Positions 26,111-39,400 of a stretch of 64,000 nucleotides of DNA are shown one piece after another. Each line of letters begins with the position of its first letter. Within the stretch, counting starts at the first letter, position 1. The stretch is from assembly GCA_002633005.1 (NCBI GenBank), contig NMRA01000258.1:124001-188000 (forward strand). The letters run 5' to 3'. The position numbers and the translations under genes were made by a program. Under the pieces are notes generated by a model that saw only the letters and a list, made by a program, of their open reading frames with translations, searched no databases and was not told the origin of the DNA. Source of the DNA: Phoronis australis (taxonomy: Eukaryota; Animalia; Phoronida).

Positions 26111-26582
26111 TGATTCTTGAGAGGAACACGGGTTTGTAACCACTTTTGTTAAAATTTCGGGGAATTGATACATGCATTTTGGGTCACTCTGTATTTTGTG
26201 ATTGATTCAGACATTTTAGGTTACATTTTATTTTGTGCACGCGCCTTGCATGAACAAATGAGGTAATTTGACATTGTGTCAAATTTGAACTAATGCAAAA
26301 GCTGCACAGGCAACCAAGATTAGAGACAAATTAGTATTTCCTGAACTTTTTGTGATTACAATTGGATTGAAGCAGCGACGACGTTAATTTTTGTTCAAAC
26401 TTCCAAGGCGAAGCAATGTATTTTTTGCATAACCCATCACTGGTCAAATCTGCGACACAGTTATCATGTTCCAGTATCAGTGTCCTGGGAATCCAGCCGT
26501 ATGTGATAGTGACGTAGAAACTCGATCAACACCTAATCAACAGGTGTTACTGAGGTGCCAGTGGAACAGCCTGTCTGACAAC

Positions 26583-27974
26583 ATGGTGTCCATTCTCCTG
26601 TACGTCTGTGCCCTGGTTACAGGCGCCTTGGGACAAACACCAACTAGTTCCACATCTAAGTTGAACACCTTAAACAGTCTTAAAACCCGTGCAACACTTT
26701 TGGAGACAACGTTGAAGCGAGAGCAGACGATACTTAGTCAAAGGCAGGTGGAGGTTTCCCGGATGTTGGCAGACATTGGTTCGCAAGGATCGGCATGCTA
26801 CAAAAGATTGAATGCGATTGAAGAGTTTCTGAAACCTCAGAATCAAACTCAGTGTTTTGGTAAGGATAGTTATCAATTTCGAATTTGAGCACTCGTTGCT
26901 GCAGGACTCTGAAATCGTTTTTACGTACTAACACTCACATGTCGATGCTGCTACTTTTGCTTGTATATGTAGCCTAATGGATAGCCATCGATCTACCAAC
27001 CGAATGGATTTTGCCAAGTTGAAAATGTTTTAATGAAAACGAATTACAATTATTCATTACTACTATTACAGTTACCATTGCCTTTGCTACCATCAATATG
27101 CTATTATCATTATCATTATCATTATCATAGTGAGTGAAACCGGGGCTAGTTCGGTCCCATTTTTCGAAAATTAAAAATTTCTAAAAAATCTTTTTTCACT
27201 CTTGCAAACTACTTAAAAACTCATAGAAAATTCCTGACACACCTCTTTGTTTATTTCACTAAATTTTCAATAGTGCAATTTTCAGGATTTTAGTCATCTT
27301 TATCACAGATTGAAACGAGACAGAAGGATGATGGTGTAACTTTGCATTTTCCAGTAAACCCAGCTTTGATTCGCTCCTGTTCAGACTGGTCACGGGCTGG
27401 CTACTGGACAAACGGTGACTACACCATCGATCCAGACGGTCCGGGAGGCCTGATGCCCTTTAGGGTGGAATGCAGACTTATCAACCCGAAGAACCCAAAA
27501 GACACGCGTCTATTCACCGTCATTCACCACGACTCGGAAATGCGCGCCGATGTCGGTAAATGTAAGGGGCAGTTGTGCTTCAAAAAAAATCTCAAATACC
27601 AAGCCTCGTTGGAGCAGATCAAAGCCCTGAAGAAAGTGTCTCACTGGTGTAACCAGGAGACGCGTTACTATTGTTACAGCTCTAGACTGCTGAAGGGTGG
27701 ATTTGGAGCCTGGTACAACCTTGACGGAAAGAAGATGAACTACTGGGGAGGCGCCAAGAGCGGGAGTGGCCAGTGTTCGTGCGGTAGACACAACAACTGC
27801 ATAAACAATTCCACCACGTGCAACTGTGATGTTGGCGCCAACTACTGGAACATTGACGGTGGATACGCTGCCTCCGTGGACGTACCAGTCACTAAACTTG
27901 CCTTCGGAGATACTGACGGTCCGGACAAGGCGGCTTATTACACTATCGGCCCCCTAAGGTGTTACGGCAGATAA
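26583..27974 (+). CDS. Secreted coiled-coil plus Caspr-type fibrinogen-like domain protein, copy B (2 exons, about 298 aa)
   Basis: Exon 1 (26583-26859) encodes signal MVSILLYVCALVTGALG and heptads. The phase-1 intron sits at the same position as in copy A. Exon 2 (27355-27974) encodes SCSDWSRAGYWTNGDYTIDPDGPGGLMPFRVEC...IGPLRCYGR. AATAAA lies at 28009. Confidence 0.87.
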
Positions 27975-28254
27975 CTAGTATTCGAATTTGAGTGCTATTT
28001 TGAAATGAAATAAATTCCAAGACTGAGGACATATTAAATAAAAATTCCTGTTAATCGTTTTCCATACAGATCGAGTCATCATTAAATTTTGACCCCTAAT
28101 AGACCGGCAGCCCAGAGCACTTAGCATAGATGAACGAGGTACCAACATCTGACCACGGGAGCATTTAGGGTCCACCTCAGTATGTACAGAAATGTACGTC
28201 TGCCGTTGTCTGCTCTCTGGGAGTGACCCCTGGGTGCCTTACAAAGGGCCCAGA

Positions 28255-29290
28255 AAATGAGCTAGACTAGATATTCGAGGCACCGGCGAAAACTGATTTG
28301 AAACGAACAATAGTACCGCACTGAATACCGAATGACCCATGACAGACAAATTGTACTCTGGAATGGGTATGGCAGAAACCAAAAAGGACCCCAAAAATGA
28401 GCCAGCACATACATTCGAGGTACCCAAAAAAACCAATTCCATGTAATTCAACACATGTCACAGATCACTAAATGCCCTATGACAGACAAAATACACTCTG
28501 GGTTGTGCCCGGCAGAAATCCCCAAAAATCTCAACCACGGTATGCCATCAAAACTTTGAGCTAAACTAGATTTTCGAGGTACTGGCCAAAACTGATTTTA
28601 AACGAACAATAGAACCGCAGTTAACACCAAATGACCCATGACAAACAAATTGCACTCTGGAATGGGTCCGGCAGAAACCAAAAAAGAATCCCCCCAAAAT
28701 GAGTTTGCACATACATTCCAGGTACCACACAAAACCAATTCCATATGATTCACTACATGTCACAGATCACTAAAACACCTATGACAGACAAATTACACTC
28801 TGGGTTGTGCCCGGCAAAAAGTCAACCACGGTAGGCCTATGTCGTCAAATTTTGAGCTAGACCAGATTTTCGATGTACCAGCCAAAACTGATTTAAAACG
28901 AACAATAGTACCGCACTGAACACCAAATGACCCATAACAGACAAACTGCACTCTGGAATGGGTTCGGCAGAAATTAAAAGAGACCCCCCCCAAAAAAAAA
29001 TGAGGTAGCACATACATTTGAGGTACTACAAAAAACCAATTACATGAGATTCAATACGTGTCACAGATCACTAAATGCCCTATGACCGGCAGACAAAATA
29101 CACTCTGGATTGTGCCTGGCAGAAACCCTCAAAAATCTCAACCACGGTATGCCATTTTTGAGACCGTTAGACTTTCAAGGTATCGGCTGAAACTGATTTA
29201 AAACCAACAATCGCGCTGCACTGAACACCCAGTGACCCATGACTTTACGACAAATTTTACTCTGGAAATACTCGGCCAGAAACCCAGAAA
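28255..29290. repeat. About 297-bp tandem repeat, about 3.5 copies, with an internal sub-repeat
   Basis: Unit starts GAGCTARACYAGATWTTCGA at about 28259, 28558, 28854 and 29160. ATGACAGACAAAWTRCACTCTGG..GGCAGAAA occurs twice per unit. Confidence 0.85.
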
Positions 29291-29669
29291 GGACTTTACA
29301 AAACTATGCTATGTCTAATAAAATTCTCTAGATGAGTGACTTTCCTTACTTTATAACGAACCCCTCCCCCAGGAATACCAGATTATAGAGACCCAACTAA
29401 CATGAATTACCTATTCTGACCGTAAATTCGTAACCTTGCATTGGACTAAATATTGACATCTAGAATGAATTTTATTTGTTGAGATCAGAAACACAAAGTA
29501 CACATTCTCAAATCACTTTTAACCTGTTTCAAATATTTTGATTCAGATCTTAAATAAGTTGGGTAGTAAGATTATTAGTTTCTACATATAAACATGAAGA
29601 TGAATTGTCAAGTAAATTCCGCCTTAGAAAAGTAGTTTTGTCTTACTAAAATATTTCTTTGACTATTTT

Positions 29670-31760
29670 GTTACAGGTGAGAGAAAACGACTGAAACAAG
29701 CCGCTTTACCGTCTATTTTACCTTTTAGCGAAGTGAAAAGCAGACTTTCAGCAATAACATGAGGGAATTGAACCTCTCAATTCAGAAAATCAGCCCTTCC
29801 ATTGGGAAAATTACAATTGTTTTCAACAAATTATGTTGTTTCGTTGTATGTATGTGGTTTTTCAGTTTGCCATTTTGTTTTTAAATACATGTACACTGAT
29901 TATTGTTTATTCTTAAATCTTGTTTATAGCAGGTTCTTATCCAGCTAGCAGCGATTGAAAACATACTTTGCTTCTAAGTGAAATTTTTGTTATAGACAAG
30001 TTAACACAAAACTTAAAACTGTTCAAAGGCCTTCTTAAGAAAGCTCTAAAATTAGTTTCTTACAGCAAACAAATCAAATGCAATCAAAGGGAATACTTCG
30101 TTTTGATCGCCCGACATTTCTATAAGTCAACAGGAAAATGACAATTCGCAAGAGTAATCTGTAATCACTTCAGCTTTATAAAGAAGCAGCACAACTGCAC
30201 CGTATGGGGAATTAAAAATGAAGAAATATTGTGGTTTGAATAATAAGTGACAAACTTACCTGTTGATGAAAACTTTATTCGATCATCAAAGTGTAACATT
30301 AACAGGTCTTTTTACTAACAATAGCACAATCGATGCAGTTCCTGAGTGTCATTTCCGCATAATGCGTACCAAGTTGAAAAGTTTTTACCATTAGTATGAA
30401 GCCTTTCATTTTGAAAGGAAAAGTTAATGTCACTCAGTGAGAAAGGACAGATATTTATACCAGATACTTTTGGTTTTCATTTCACCGGTATCGAGTTTCA
30501 ATGGCCTATAGAAGCGCTTGTAAAAAAGGCCAGTTTCGACACGTGGCTTTCCTTCATGTAACTTCATTCAGCCTCATTAAAGTTCACAATTACCGTAGAT
30601 CCTTGAACGTAAACACAACATCATATCAATATTGACTTCATTTGTGCCCAGAATCTGACTCGGAACTTAGGCCAAAGTGTTATTGGGTCTTCTTTAGCTT
30701 CAGTCGCTCATGAATCTTCCAGGAAAGGAAATAAGCCATTGTTGTCCATGCATGACTCATTACCTAGGAAAGGGCATCGTCACCAATGAGGCTGGCTGGT
30801 GTAGCAGTCAGATATAGTTCTTCTTCACACGCAAACAATCCATTGGCACATGTATGGTAACTTAGTACTGCGACTCACATTTCTGCAGGACCACTGGCTT
30901 GTATACATTGTGCCATGCAGCACTGCTGGTGTGTGGACGACATGCTGCGGGAAGAGAAATGAGTAACAAAGCTTGTCTATGTTGCCACTTAAATTGGCCT
31001 TAAAATGTCACTGAACCTGGACCAAATATTGAAATATGAATAATTAAGTACGTCAGGTTGGGTCAAAAATGTTGCCCATGTTTTTCAAAAATATGATATG
31101 GTAACGGCTTTACAATTTCACACAAAATTAAATAATTACTATTTCCAGAAACCAAGGGTGTATATAAAATAAGAATTGATTTGTATAGAACTGTGTCTTT
31201 ATTTTTCCTTCCTAGCCAGAACAATGCTTTAAACGCATCACTTGTCTGAAAAATATGCAAGTTATATAACTTAAATATTTGAGACAACTTCAAGTCTTTA
31301 TTGCCCATTTTCAAGCCTTTTGATTTTTGATACTTTCAGCAATTATAAACACTGGTTACAGTTTCATGGGTATGTCTTACCTCACTAACAATTCGAGTTG
31401 ACAGCATAAACATTCTGCATTGATTGATGTAATTGTCACTGATAAACTTGTCAGAAATCACTCCAAACATTAATAATACTGCTTTGATATACGCAAAAAT
31501 CCCGAGTGCTGTGTCAAGTATCGCAACACACATCAGTCATCACAACAAACAATGATTAACTGACTATGGCAACTGTCGCGAGGTCGACATCGGCCAGTAC
31601 CTCAATTAACAGGTATCAGCATTGTAAAATAATTGTTTAAATAATAACAAAACATACCTTTGTTTAAAGTCATGCTTACTTCCCCTCGTAGAAGCACCCT
31701 TTTAATGCAATCTCAGATTCAGTTGTCCCGGCTGCAAGCCATTTCACCATGTATTTAAAG
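29670..31760. mobile_element. Possible highly decayed DNA-transposon remnant
   Basis: (+) 29676 reads GERKRLKQAALPSI, like the THAP C-terminal box. (-) about 31660-31700 reads KGASTRGSKHDFKQR followed by a GT donor, SAP-like. Both are short and interrupted. Confidence 0.25.
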
Positions 31761-31849
31761 GGTTCGCGCAGTCGAGGTTGCTAATCTATCACCACTAGTA
31801 CACGCGCGCCCTCTAGTAATGTAAAGATTGTCGAATAGGCTCATTGACC

Positions 31850-33420
31850 GATTGTTTTTTGAAATTTGAAAATAAAAGAAAATGCTTTGATAGAAAAAAA
31901 ATAAAAATTTCAACGAACAAACCCTAAAAATACCTGGTGAGCAGATTGAATTCTGTTTCAGTAGCAGAGAACCACTTTCAATATTGCATGTACTGTTTAT
32001 GATGTTCCAGGTCTCTTTTTAACGCACGTTTATCTATTAAAATAGATAAACGTGCATTACGATTTATCGTTAATAGCGTCGCAGCACATCTATAACGCGT
32101 ACGATTTCAATTGGTCACATTTTCGATAGAACGTAACGCACGTGCTACCCTTAATAGCAAACTAACCCAGTGTCTGATGTGGCCGCGTAATCCGAGTTTC
32201 CGTAAACGCAAACCTCTCAAGTAACATTAGAGCTCATCTGTTCGTATTTTGTATAATCGGTGCTACGAAAGCGGGTGATTCAAAGAGTATCTAGTAATTG
32301 AAGCGTAGCTACTAATGGACTAGCATAGGCCTAATGCCGCCGGACTCATAAAAAATTGATAATACGAAACAATGTGCTGGAATTTAAAGTTGTTGACATC
32401 CAATAAATATTGATATAGTTCGATGAGGACATGATAAATAAAGAGAGCACCTTCATCGACTTCACCAGTCAGCTATACCTGCGCTACAGCTTTGTTCAGG
32501 AGAGCTATATCCCTGTTAAAGATGCTTTCATTTCTGGTCTTAATATCTATGCCACAGAACTTGGGTAAGTTTTCACAAAGAACCAACGTTAATGAGTAAT
32601 GCTCAGATTTTTTTATTTATTATGAAAGAAAGTAACAATATGTTTCGCCCATCCTTTTTCTAAACAAATGTTGAATTGAAATCTAATTAAGCAATAGTAA
32701 GTCGACCCATATAAGGCTGCTGCTAGAGACAAGCTCCGACCATTTCTGTTCATCCTCGCCCCATGCGGTTTCTTTTTGAGAAACCATCTGACATAATCCA
32801 TTCTACTAATAGATGACGTTGTACAGAATATCAGGTTGTAAAATGTGGATGAACCGTTAGCGAAATCTTTCTTGCTCATCAAATATTCTAAATGGCAATA
32901 CCTTTGCAATTAGTGGAAGTTATTGCCTCTAATTCATTCAGTTTCACCATGATGTTTTATAGTCACCGTTTGTTTGAACACATGTACATGTACAAATGCG
33001 ATTAGACATATTGTTCTAGCCAAACACAGTAATCCAACTTGTTTGTGTAGAGTCGGAAATCCTTACAAATTATGCTGCACGTTTTTGAGGCTCTTGCGTT
33101 GGCAAGTAGTGGAAGGTTTATATCCAAATCCTTTAAATTAAAAGTTTTTAAACAATTTGAAGTATTAATCGAATAATTCAAAATTGTTATTTGTATTTTT
33201 GTTCTTGCCGACGTTTCTTCGTCGGTCTGAGGATAACAATTATAAAGATAAAATATTTTAATCACTTATCTGCATGTATATTCATTTGTTTAAAAACAAT
33301 TCATACATTGATTGATATTTTTTAATTTTTTGCGTAGGATTAGATAAGAAAGACTCAAATTTAGAGTGTTCTTGGACTGGTAATTGCTTACCTAATGATT
33401 GACCAATATTTTAAAATGTG
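31850..33420 (+). repeat. Segmental duplication block, copy 1 (receptor 5' region, first coding exon, intron start)
   Basis: Colinear high similarity with 62425-63725. Confidence 0.92.
32522..32564 (+). CDS. Putative signal-peptide exon [14 protein letters not shown](G)
   Basis: ATG to G|GTAAGT, phase 1. The duplicate at 62842-62887 keeps ATG, frame (3-nt indel) and donor. Confidence 0.6.
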
Positions 33421-36400
33421 GTTTTTGAATGTGGTAAAATTGCTATCAGTATTGTTGTTTTCGTAATTAAAACAGTAACAATGATCCTAAAGGTAATGAT
33501 AATATCAATGACAATGAATGTGATAATGATAATAACAATAATAATAATAATAATAATAATAACATATTAACTACTATTCAATTGGAAGAACACAATGAAA
33601 CGTGAAAACTGGCAAATAACACAAGAAGAGATATTATCGGAAGAATACTCAAAATAAAAACACGTAAAGTCCTTCACACTGCCTTCCCTGATTCAATGTT
33701 GAACTTAACATTTTGCATTTTATATGACATCAAGTAAACGCACTACTACTACTGATGTTGTATGGAGTTTTTACAAACCTGTCGAAAATGAGCAGAAGGT
33801 GGGTTGGTCATACATCGTGTTCATCCCTAGAAAAGACAAAATTTTATCTCAAAATATATTCAACCAAATGTACCAAACCATCACTTCCATAAACTCTCTT
33901 AACAACGCAAAATGGTGGCTATTCCTCACCGACGCGACGTGCATGTTTTCTGTTTATTTTCCCACTGTTTCAAAAGCACGACTGAACTTTTATATGGGAG
34001 ATATGGTCTATTTTCCGAACATACAGCGTACTCTTGTTTACTATGAAAAGTTCCCGGTGACATTTTAACTTAACATAAGTAGCTTTTATTTGGAGTTGCT
34101 GTGATAGCTTCATCCCTCTTTAAATCGTCGTTCACGATTATAATACGACTGTATCAGAGGTATTGCAAAGGCAGACCCATTGCACATTTCATAATTTTAT
34201 TCATTAGGTGCGTCTTGTGTGAATAACGACTACAGGTGCAATGAATGGGCCACAGCTGGAGAATGCGACAAGAACCCTGACTGGATGCATCCTAACTGTG
34301 CTCTGGCTTGTGGAAAATGTAGTAAGCACAAAATACGATATGATGTTCCGAAGTTACCCCAATTTGAACAATCCTGTAGATTACATGATGCAGGCAACTG
34401 TTGGATCTTGCGCGTGGTCGCTGGTTTCAGTGGTACTTCTTCGAAATATTTTCACTTTTGCAAAGAAAAAACAACTACTGATTTTACTTGCTGTCAAACT
34501 AATTCTTCTATCAAATATAAATCAACTACCAATCAGTTTTGACGATTTTGAGATCGTTTGCAAGATCGCAACTTAAAAATGAACGTTCAACAACGCAGTT
34601 AAAAGTGATGGCTTTTTGTCTTCCCCACGCTTATCTTTAAAGCGACATCTACAGGTGTAAGTTAGTAACTCGAAGCCATTTCGTTCCAGCACACTACTAT
34701 GTGTTTCTCTAGTAAGTGAAGTTGACGTAGCAGTTAGAGTCAGCGTCATTTTTGCTCAACTTTTTTAATTTACATTACGAAATCTTCAGAATACAATAAA
34801 TATACATAGCCCAGAAAGCGCCAAGAGGCATTAGATCTGGATTAAAAATACAAAATAAGTCTATATACAATTATTTTACACAAATAAATAAATTAAAAAA
34901 ACTGATGTTAAGATTACAATGATAAAATTACGAATGTAAATAAATCATTTTCATACACATGTATACAATTTTATCCACTCACACAAAGAGATTTAATGTT
35001 ATAAAGAAATTCTGATACTATTTCGAATAAAACCTTATTTTATTTGGGTTGAATTCTTGACATCCATATAAAAAATTAATTTTGTTTTACAATTGCGGAA
35101 TTTCAGAATATTTTTGTAAACATTGGGGTTTTGTTCGAGTGTCTGAAAAAGCTGTACCCTCTGCTCCTCGCATACCTCACAAGCATAGAAGACATGAGGA
35201 TATGTCTGGGTGTCTCCACAGGAACACAGAGGCGAAATATTATTGAAATTATATCTAAATTTCTCGTTGCTCAGGAATAGACCGTATCTTGATCTGTATA
35301 GGGTTATTTCATGGTTGCGAGGAAGTTGGAATGATGTCAATGGGACTGGCAAGTCTTGAGTAGTGGTATGCATTTTAAAGTTATTTTTGAGAGTGTCGAT
35401 TAAAGTTCTTTCTTTAATTTTGAATGGTAAGGAATTCCAGTTGTCAATATAAGTTAATATCGTTGATCTCCTGAAGGCTTGGCTGGTGGAAGATGGAATA
35501 GTGTGCATATTACTTTGTCGCAGTCCTGGTCTCGTGTTTGGTCTTTTGTAGGGTTCAAAGAGGATTTTATTAGAGTAATTGTTTATGTTGGTTAAGGCTT
35601 TGAATGTATACATGGGCAGGTGGAGTTTACGACGGGTTGCTAGTTTGCTCCAGTGAAGACTATTTAGAACCTTGATTGTGTTGGACCCTTTGCATGCACC
35701 AGTTATGGCTAAAGCTGCTTGGTATTGTAGTCTTTCTAATTGGAGAAGTATGCCAGCGTTTGCCGATTGGAAGATTATGTCACAGTAATCTAGATGTGGA
35801 AGTACAAAGACTTGAACAGAGTTTCAAAATACATAGAGTTGAGATAACGAGAGATAATTCTAATTGGATTAATTAATATTTGTACTTTATGAACGAGTTC
35901 TCGACAATGAGGAGTAAATGTAAGTTTATAGTCTAGTAGTAAGCCAAGATGTTTGTGCGTGAACTTATTGGGAATAACTTTCCCATTGAGTGATAACTCC
36001 AGCGTTGGATTTGTTTGGAAATGAGTATTATTAGACTTGGAAAATATAAGATCAACAATTTTTCAGGTTTAAATTTCATCTTCCATTGGTAAGACCAGTC
36101 ATAGAGTTTGTTTAGGTCAGTTTGCAATTGCAAGGAGTCATGCGGATACTCTTTTAAAAATGGGTGGAAAATTGCACTGTCATCAGCATATAAGAATGTT
36201 TTAGAGTTTGTTGTGTCTGGAAGATCATTGATATACAGTAAAAACAGTAAGTGGCCTAGTACGCTACCCTATGGTACTCCAGCATTTACGAAACCTGGCG
36301 TTGATGAAGGTGATAAGACACCCTCAATTCGGACTTTGTAAGTTCGATATTCCAGATATGATTTTAAAAGTAAGAGGAGAGTGCCAGAGAAACCGTAAGA

Positions 36401-39400
36401 TTGTAATTTATGTAGAAGCAGCTCACGGGGAACGACATCAAAAGCTGACGTAAGGTCTAAAAATACATACGGATCTCACGTTGTACCCTTGCTCAAACTG
36501 GAGGTGGATGTCGTGTACAGTTTCTGTAAGTTGGGACACAGTGCTGTTACCAGGCATGAATCCAAAGGTGACGATGTATGGGGTTTTGTGAAGAGAGGTG
36601 GTCAAACATATGTTGGGAACTGATTTTTTCTAAAATTTTGGATAAGGTGTAAAATAGAGTTATGGTGCGATAGTTGGCAATGACTGTTTTGGAGTTATTT
36701 TTATGTATTGGTATTATAACGCCAAGCTTCTAGTTCGAAGGAAATTTTCCAGATTGTAGTATTTTGTTATATAATGTTGTCAGAGGAACTGTAAGATCTC
36801 TTGCTATTATCTTGATCATTTTATTGTTTATGAGAGTGGTACCGTCGTTTTGTTTTCGTCAATGTTTTTACTCAACTAAAGCGTATTGACTGCACATTTT
36901 GTGTTATCTGTTATAAAACATACAAAATCGCATGAACAGCATCCAAGACTACAATATGAAAGTATAAGAGAGACTGCAAAGACAGATCTTGGCCTGTTCT
37001 CTTACAAATGTTTAACATTCCACCTTTATTCACTAGATGCGTCTTGTTGGAATAACGACTACAGGTGCAATGAATGGGCCACCGCTGGAGAATGCGACAA
37101 GAACCCTGACTGGATGCATCCTAACTGTGCACTGGCTTGCGGAAAATGCAGTAAGCGCAAAATGACACGTAAAATGTAAATGATGTTTAAAGGTATGCAG
37201 TGCGTACTGTGTAGAAATGCAACACACTTGTATTACTGGTAGCATCAGATGACAAGTAAACTTGAAATCTACTGGTGCTCTGTTTGTCGTCGTGACAAAC
37301 TTGCCTAACTAAATGTTGATCTACTATGTACAAGATAAACACTGGGCTCTGTCAATCTTATCATCGTCCCATGTTACGTTATTGTGTGAAGCAAAATAAA
37401 TGATATTCATTTTGTAAACGTCTGAATTAATTGGCGTTTTGTGCAACCAGTTCTTATGGTTAGTTTATATCCATCGAGCATTTCCGTATGTTTTCGTTCT
37501 TGGAAACAAATTTTCTTCTTGTGTTGATTTGAAGCTCTTTGATACTAGAATTAGGTCCTGCTTTCATGTGACTGTTTTTTCAAGGGTTTTCCAAATAAAG
37601 TGGTTGACAGCTAGCATACAAAAAGTCCCCCAAAGTCTTAGATTCTAGGAGGAGCGTCTACGACTTAAAATTAGGTGGCTAAACTGTTCCAGATTATTTC
37701 TTCAACCAGCTTGCAAGCGTCGCAGGCCTTACTTTGCCTGGATGATATAATACAATTAGTTGTCAAACATGTACATGTTACCCCATCTTGCAGTATTATT
37801 GACCCCTTTTCAAATTGTAAAGCCATTGATTTCTAGTCATATTAAATCACAGCAGTTCGCTGAAGGTCCGTGCGGCAGAGACATTATGTTGACAGATACA
37901 CAGTCTAAAACAAACATCGTTCTCTTAATCATAGCATTGCTTACTTTGTGCTTCCTTGAATCGATATCACTGTTAGTAATCTAAATTAGTTTGTTGTAAT
38001 TTTGATTGACATACTCTTTAAAATGCTCTCTGTGTCGAAACAATTATCTTAGCGCGCAGATTTGTTTTAGCACAAAATGATAAAATCTACACACCATCTA
38101 GACTGAAAATTAAACACTCAAACCAAAGGGAAGGTGGGATGGAGGGAAGGAAGGGAGGGNNNNNAACAGTACAAAAACCAAACGAACAAATATGTACATC
38201 CATTCATTCACGCATGCACACCTCAGGAGAGACCATTCTCGTATATCGTATAAAGTAAACAACCTCTACATGGAGTTAACGTGAACAATGAAATTTCGCT
38301 GAGAAGCTGTCATATACAAAATTTTTATAAGCAATTAATTTTTCAGCATTACAGTGCTCATAAGTATATATAATAAACCTGTGAAAATTAGGTATATTTT
38401 TGTGACATCTCCCTTGTAGATGTACTATTTGGTTATTAGAAGCAAAATGTTAAATAGAAAATTATGAGTCTCATAAAGTCCGTAACAGGGGACTGTTGGG
38501 AAGCTGAATGCGACACTTTTGCATTAGCTTTCCAAATTCCTTCCATAAATCTTGTTCAAAGCGACATTCCCAAAAACGTGTGACAGCGTCTCTGGAGCTT
38601 TATAACAAAAGGAACTTGAATTAGAATCCCGAACACAGATTTTGACTAAAAAGGTATTTGTTGCAATAACCCTTTGTAGTATTCTAAATTGAAACCATCC
38701 AATGTTGGGGTCCTTTGTAATTTCATAAGGCAATGCGTATATTTTCTTCCAATTTAAACTATCCCCTAACTCTATTTCCATTTACAATCTGACTTAGGTT
38801 TCTTAACGTCATTAAAGACTGAACAAATATGTCTACAACTCTTCAAATCTTTCTGTAAGTGAGTAATTGCTAAAGGCAAGCAAGAAGAGTAGACATTAAC
38901 ACTTTTAAATTTGCTTTGAAATAGACTTTTTTGAAACCTTCTTAGAACGGAAAGAACACCATTATATTCTACAAAGTTGGTTTTTATATCGAACTCATTT
39001 TTCATGGTTCAAACTAACGAAATCACTATCAGAGGTATACATATCTCTAATAAATCTTAAGCCTTTTACAAACCAAGCCTTATAAAAACACTTGTGTCCC
39101 CGAACGCCAAGTTACTATTAAACCACAAAGATTGATTAAAAAAGTCCTCATTACTCGCAACAATTATTTTCTTGAAGAAAGATGTCATACTTCCAAATAC
39201 GTCGAGCCAGTAGAAATTACCAATTAGAGTTAACTTCGACTTAATAAAGTCATCTCCAAATGAAGCAAAATTCTTTAAGAACACGTAGAGTGAGTACAGC
39301 AATTCACCACTTTCAGACACAGGGCTTTCAAGATATCTACGGGCCATGGCGAGTTTTAAAGCTTTGCTGGAAGTATGCATATTAACCATTTGAATTCCAC

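Noticed and set aside
21806-27974. Assigning CNTNAP or neurexin IV symbols
   Set aside because: Only the fibrinogen-like module is shared; there is no discoidin, laminin-G, EGF or TM domain.
32613-32909. 98-aa minus-strand [12 protein letters not shown]... also present at 62936-63232
   Set aside because: Explained by the segmental duplication; it is intronic and antisense, has many nonsynonymous differences and shows no recognisable domain.
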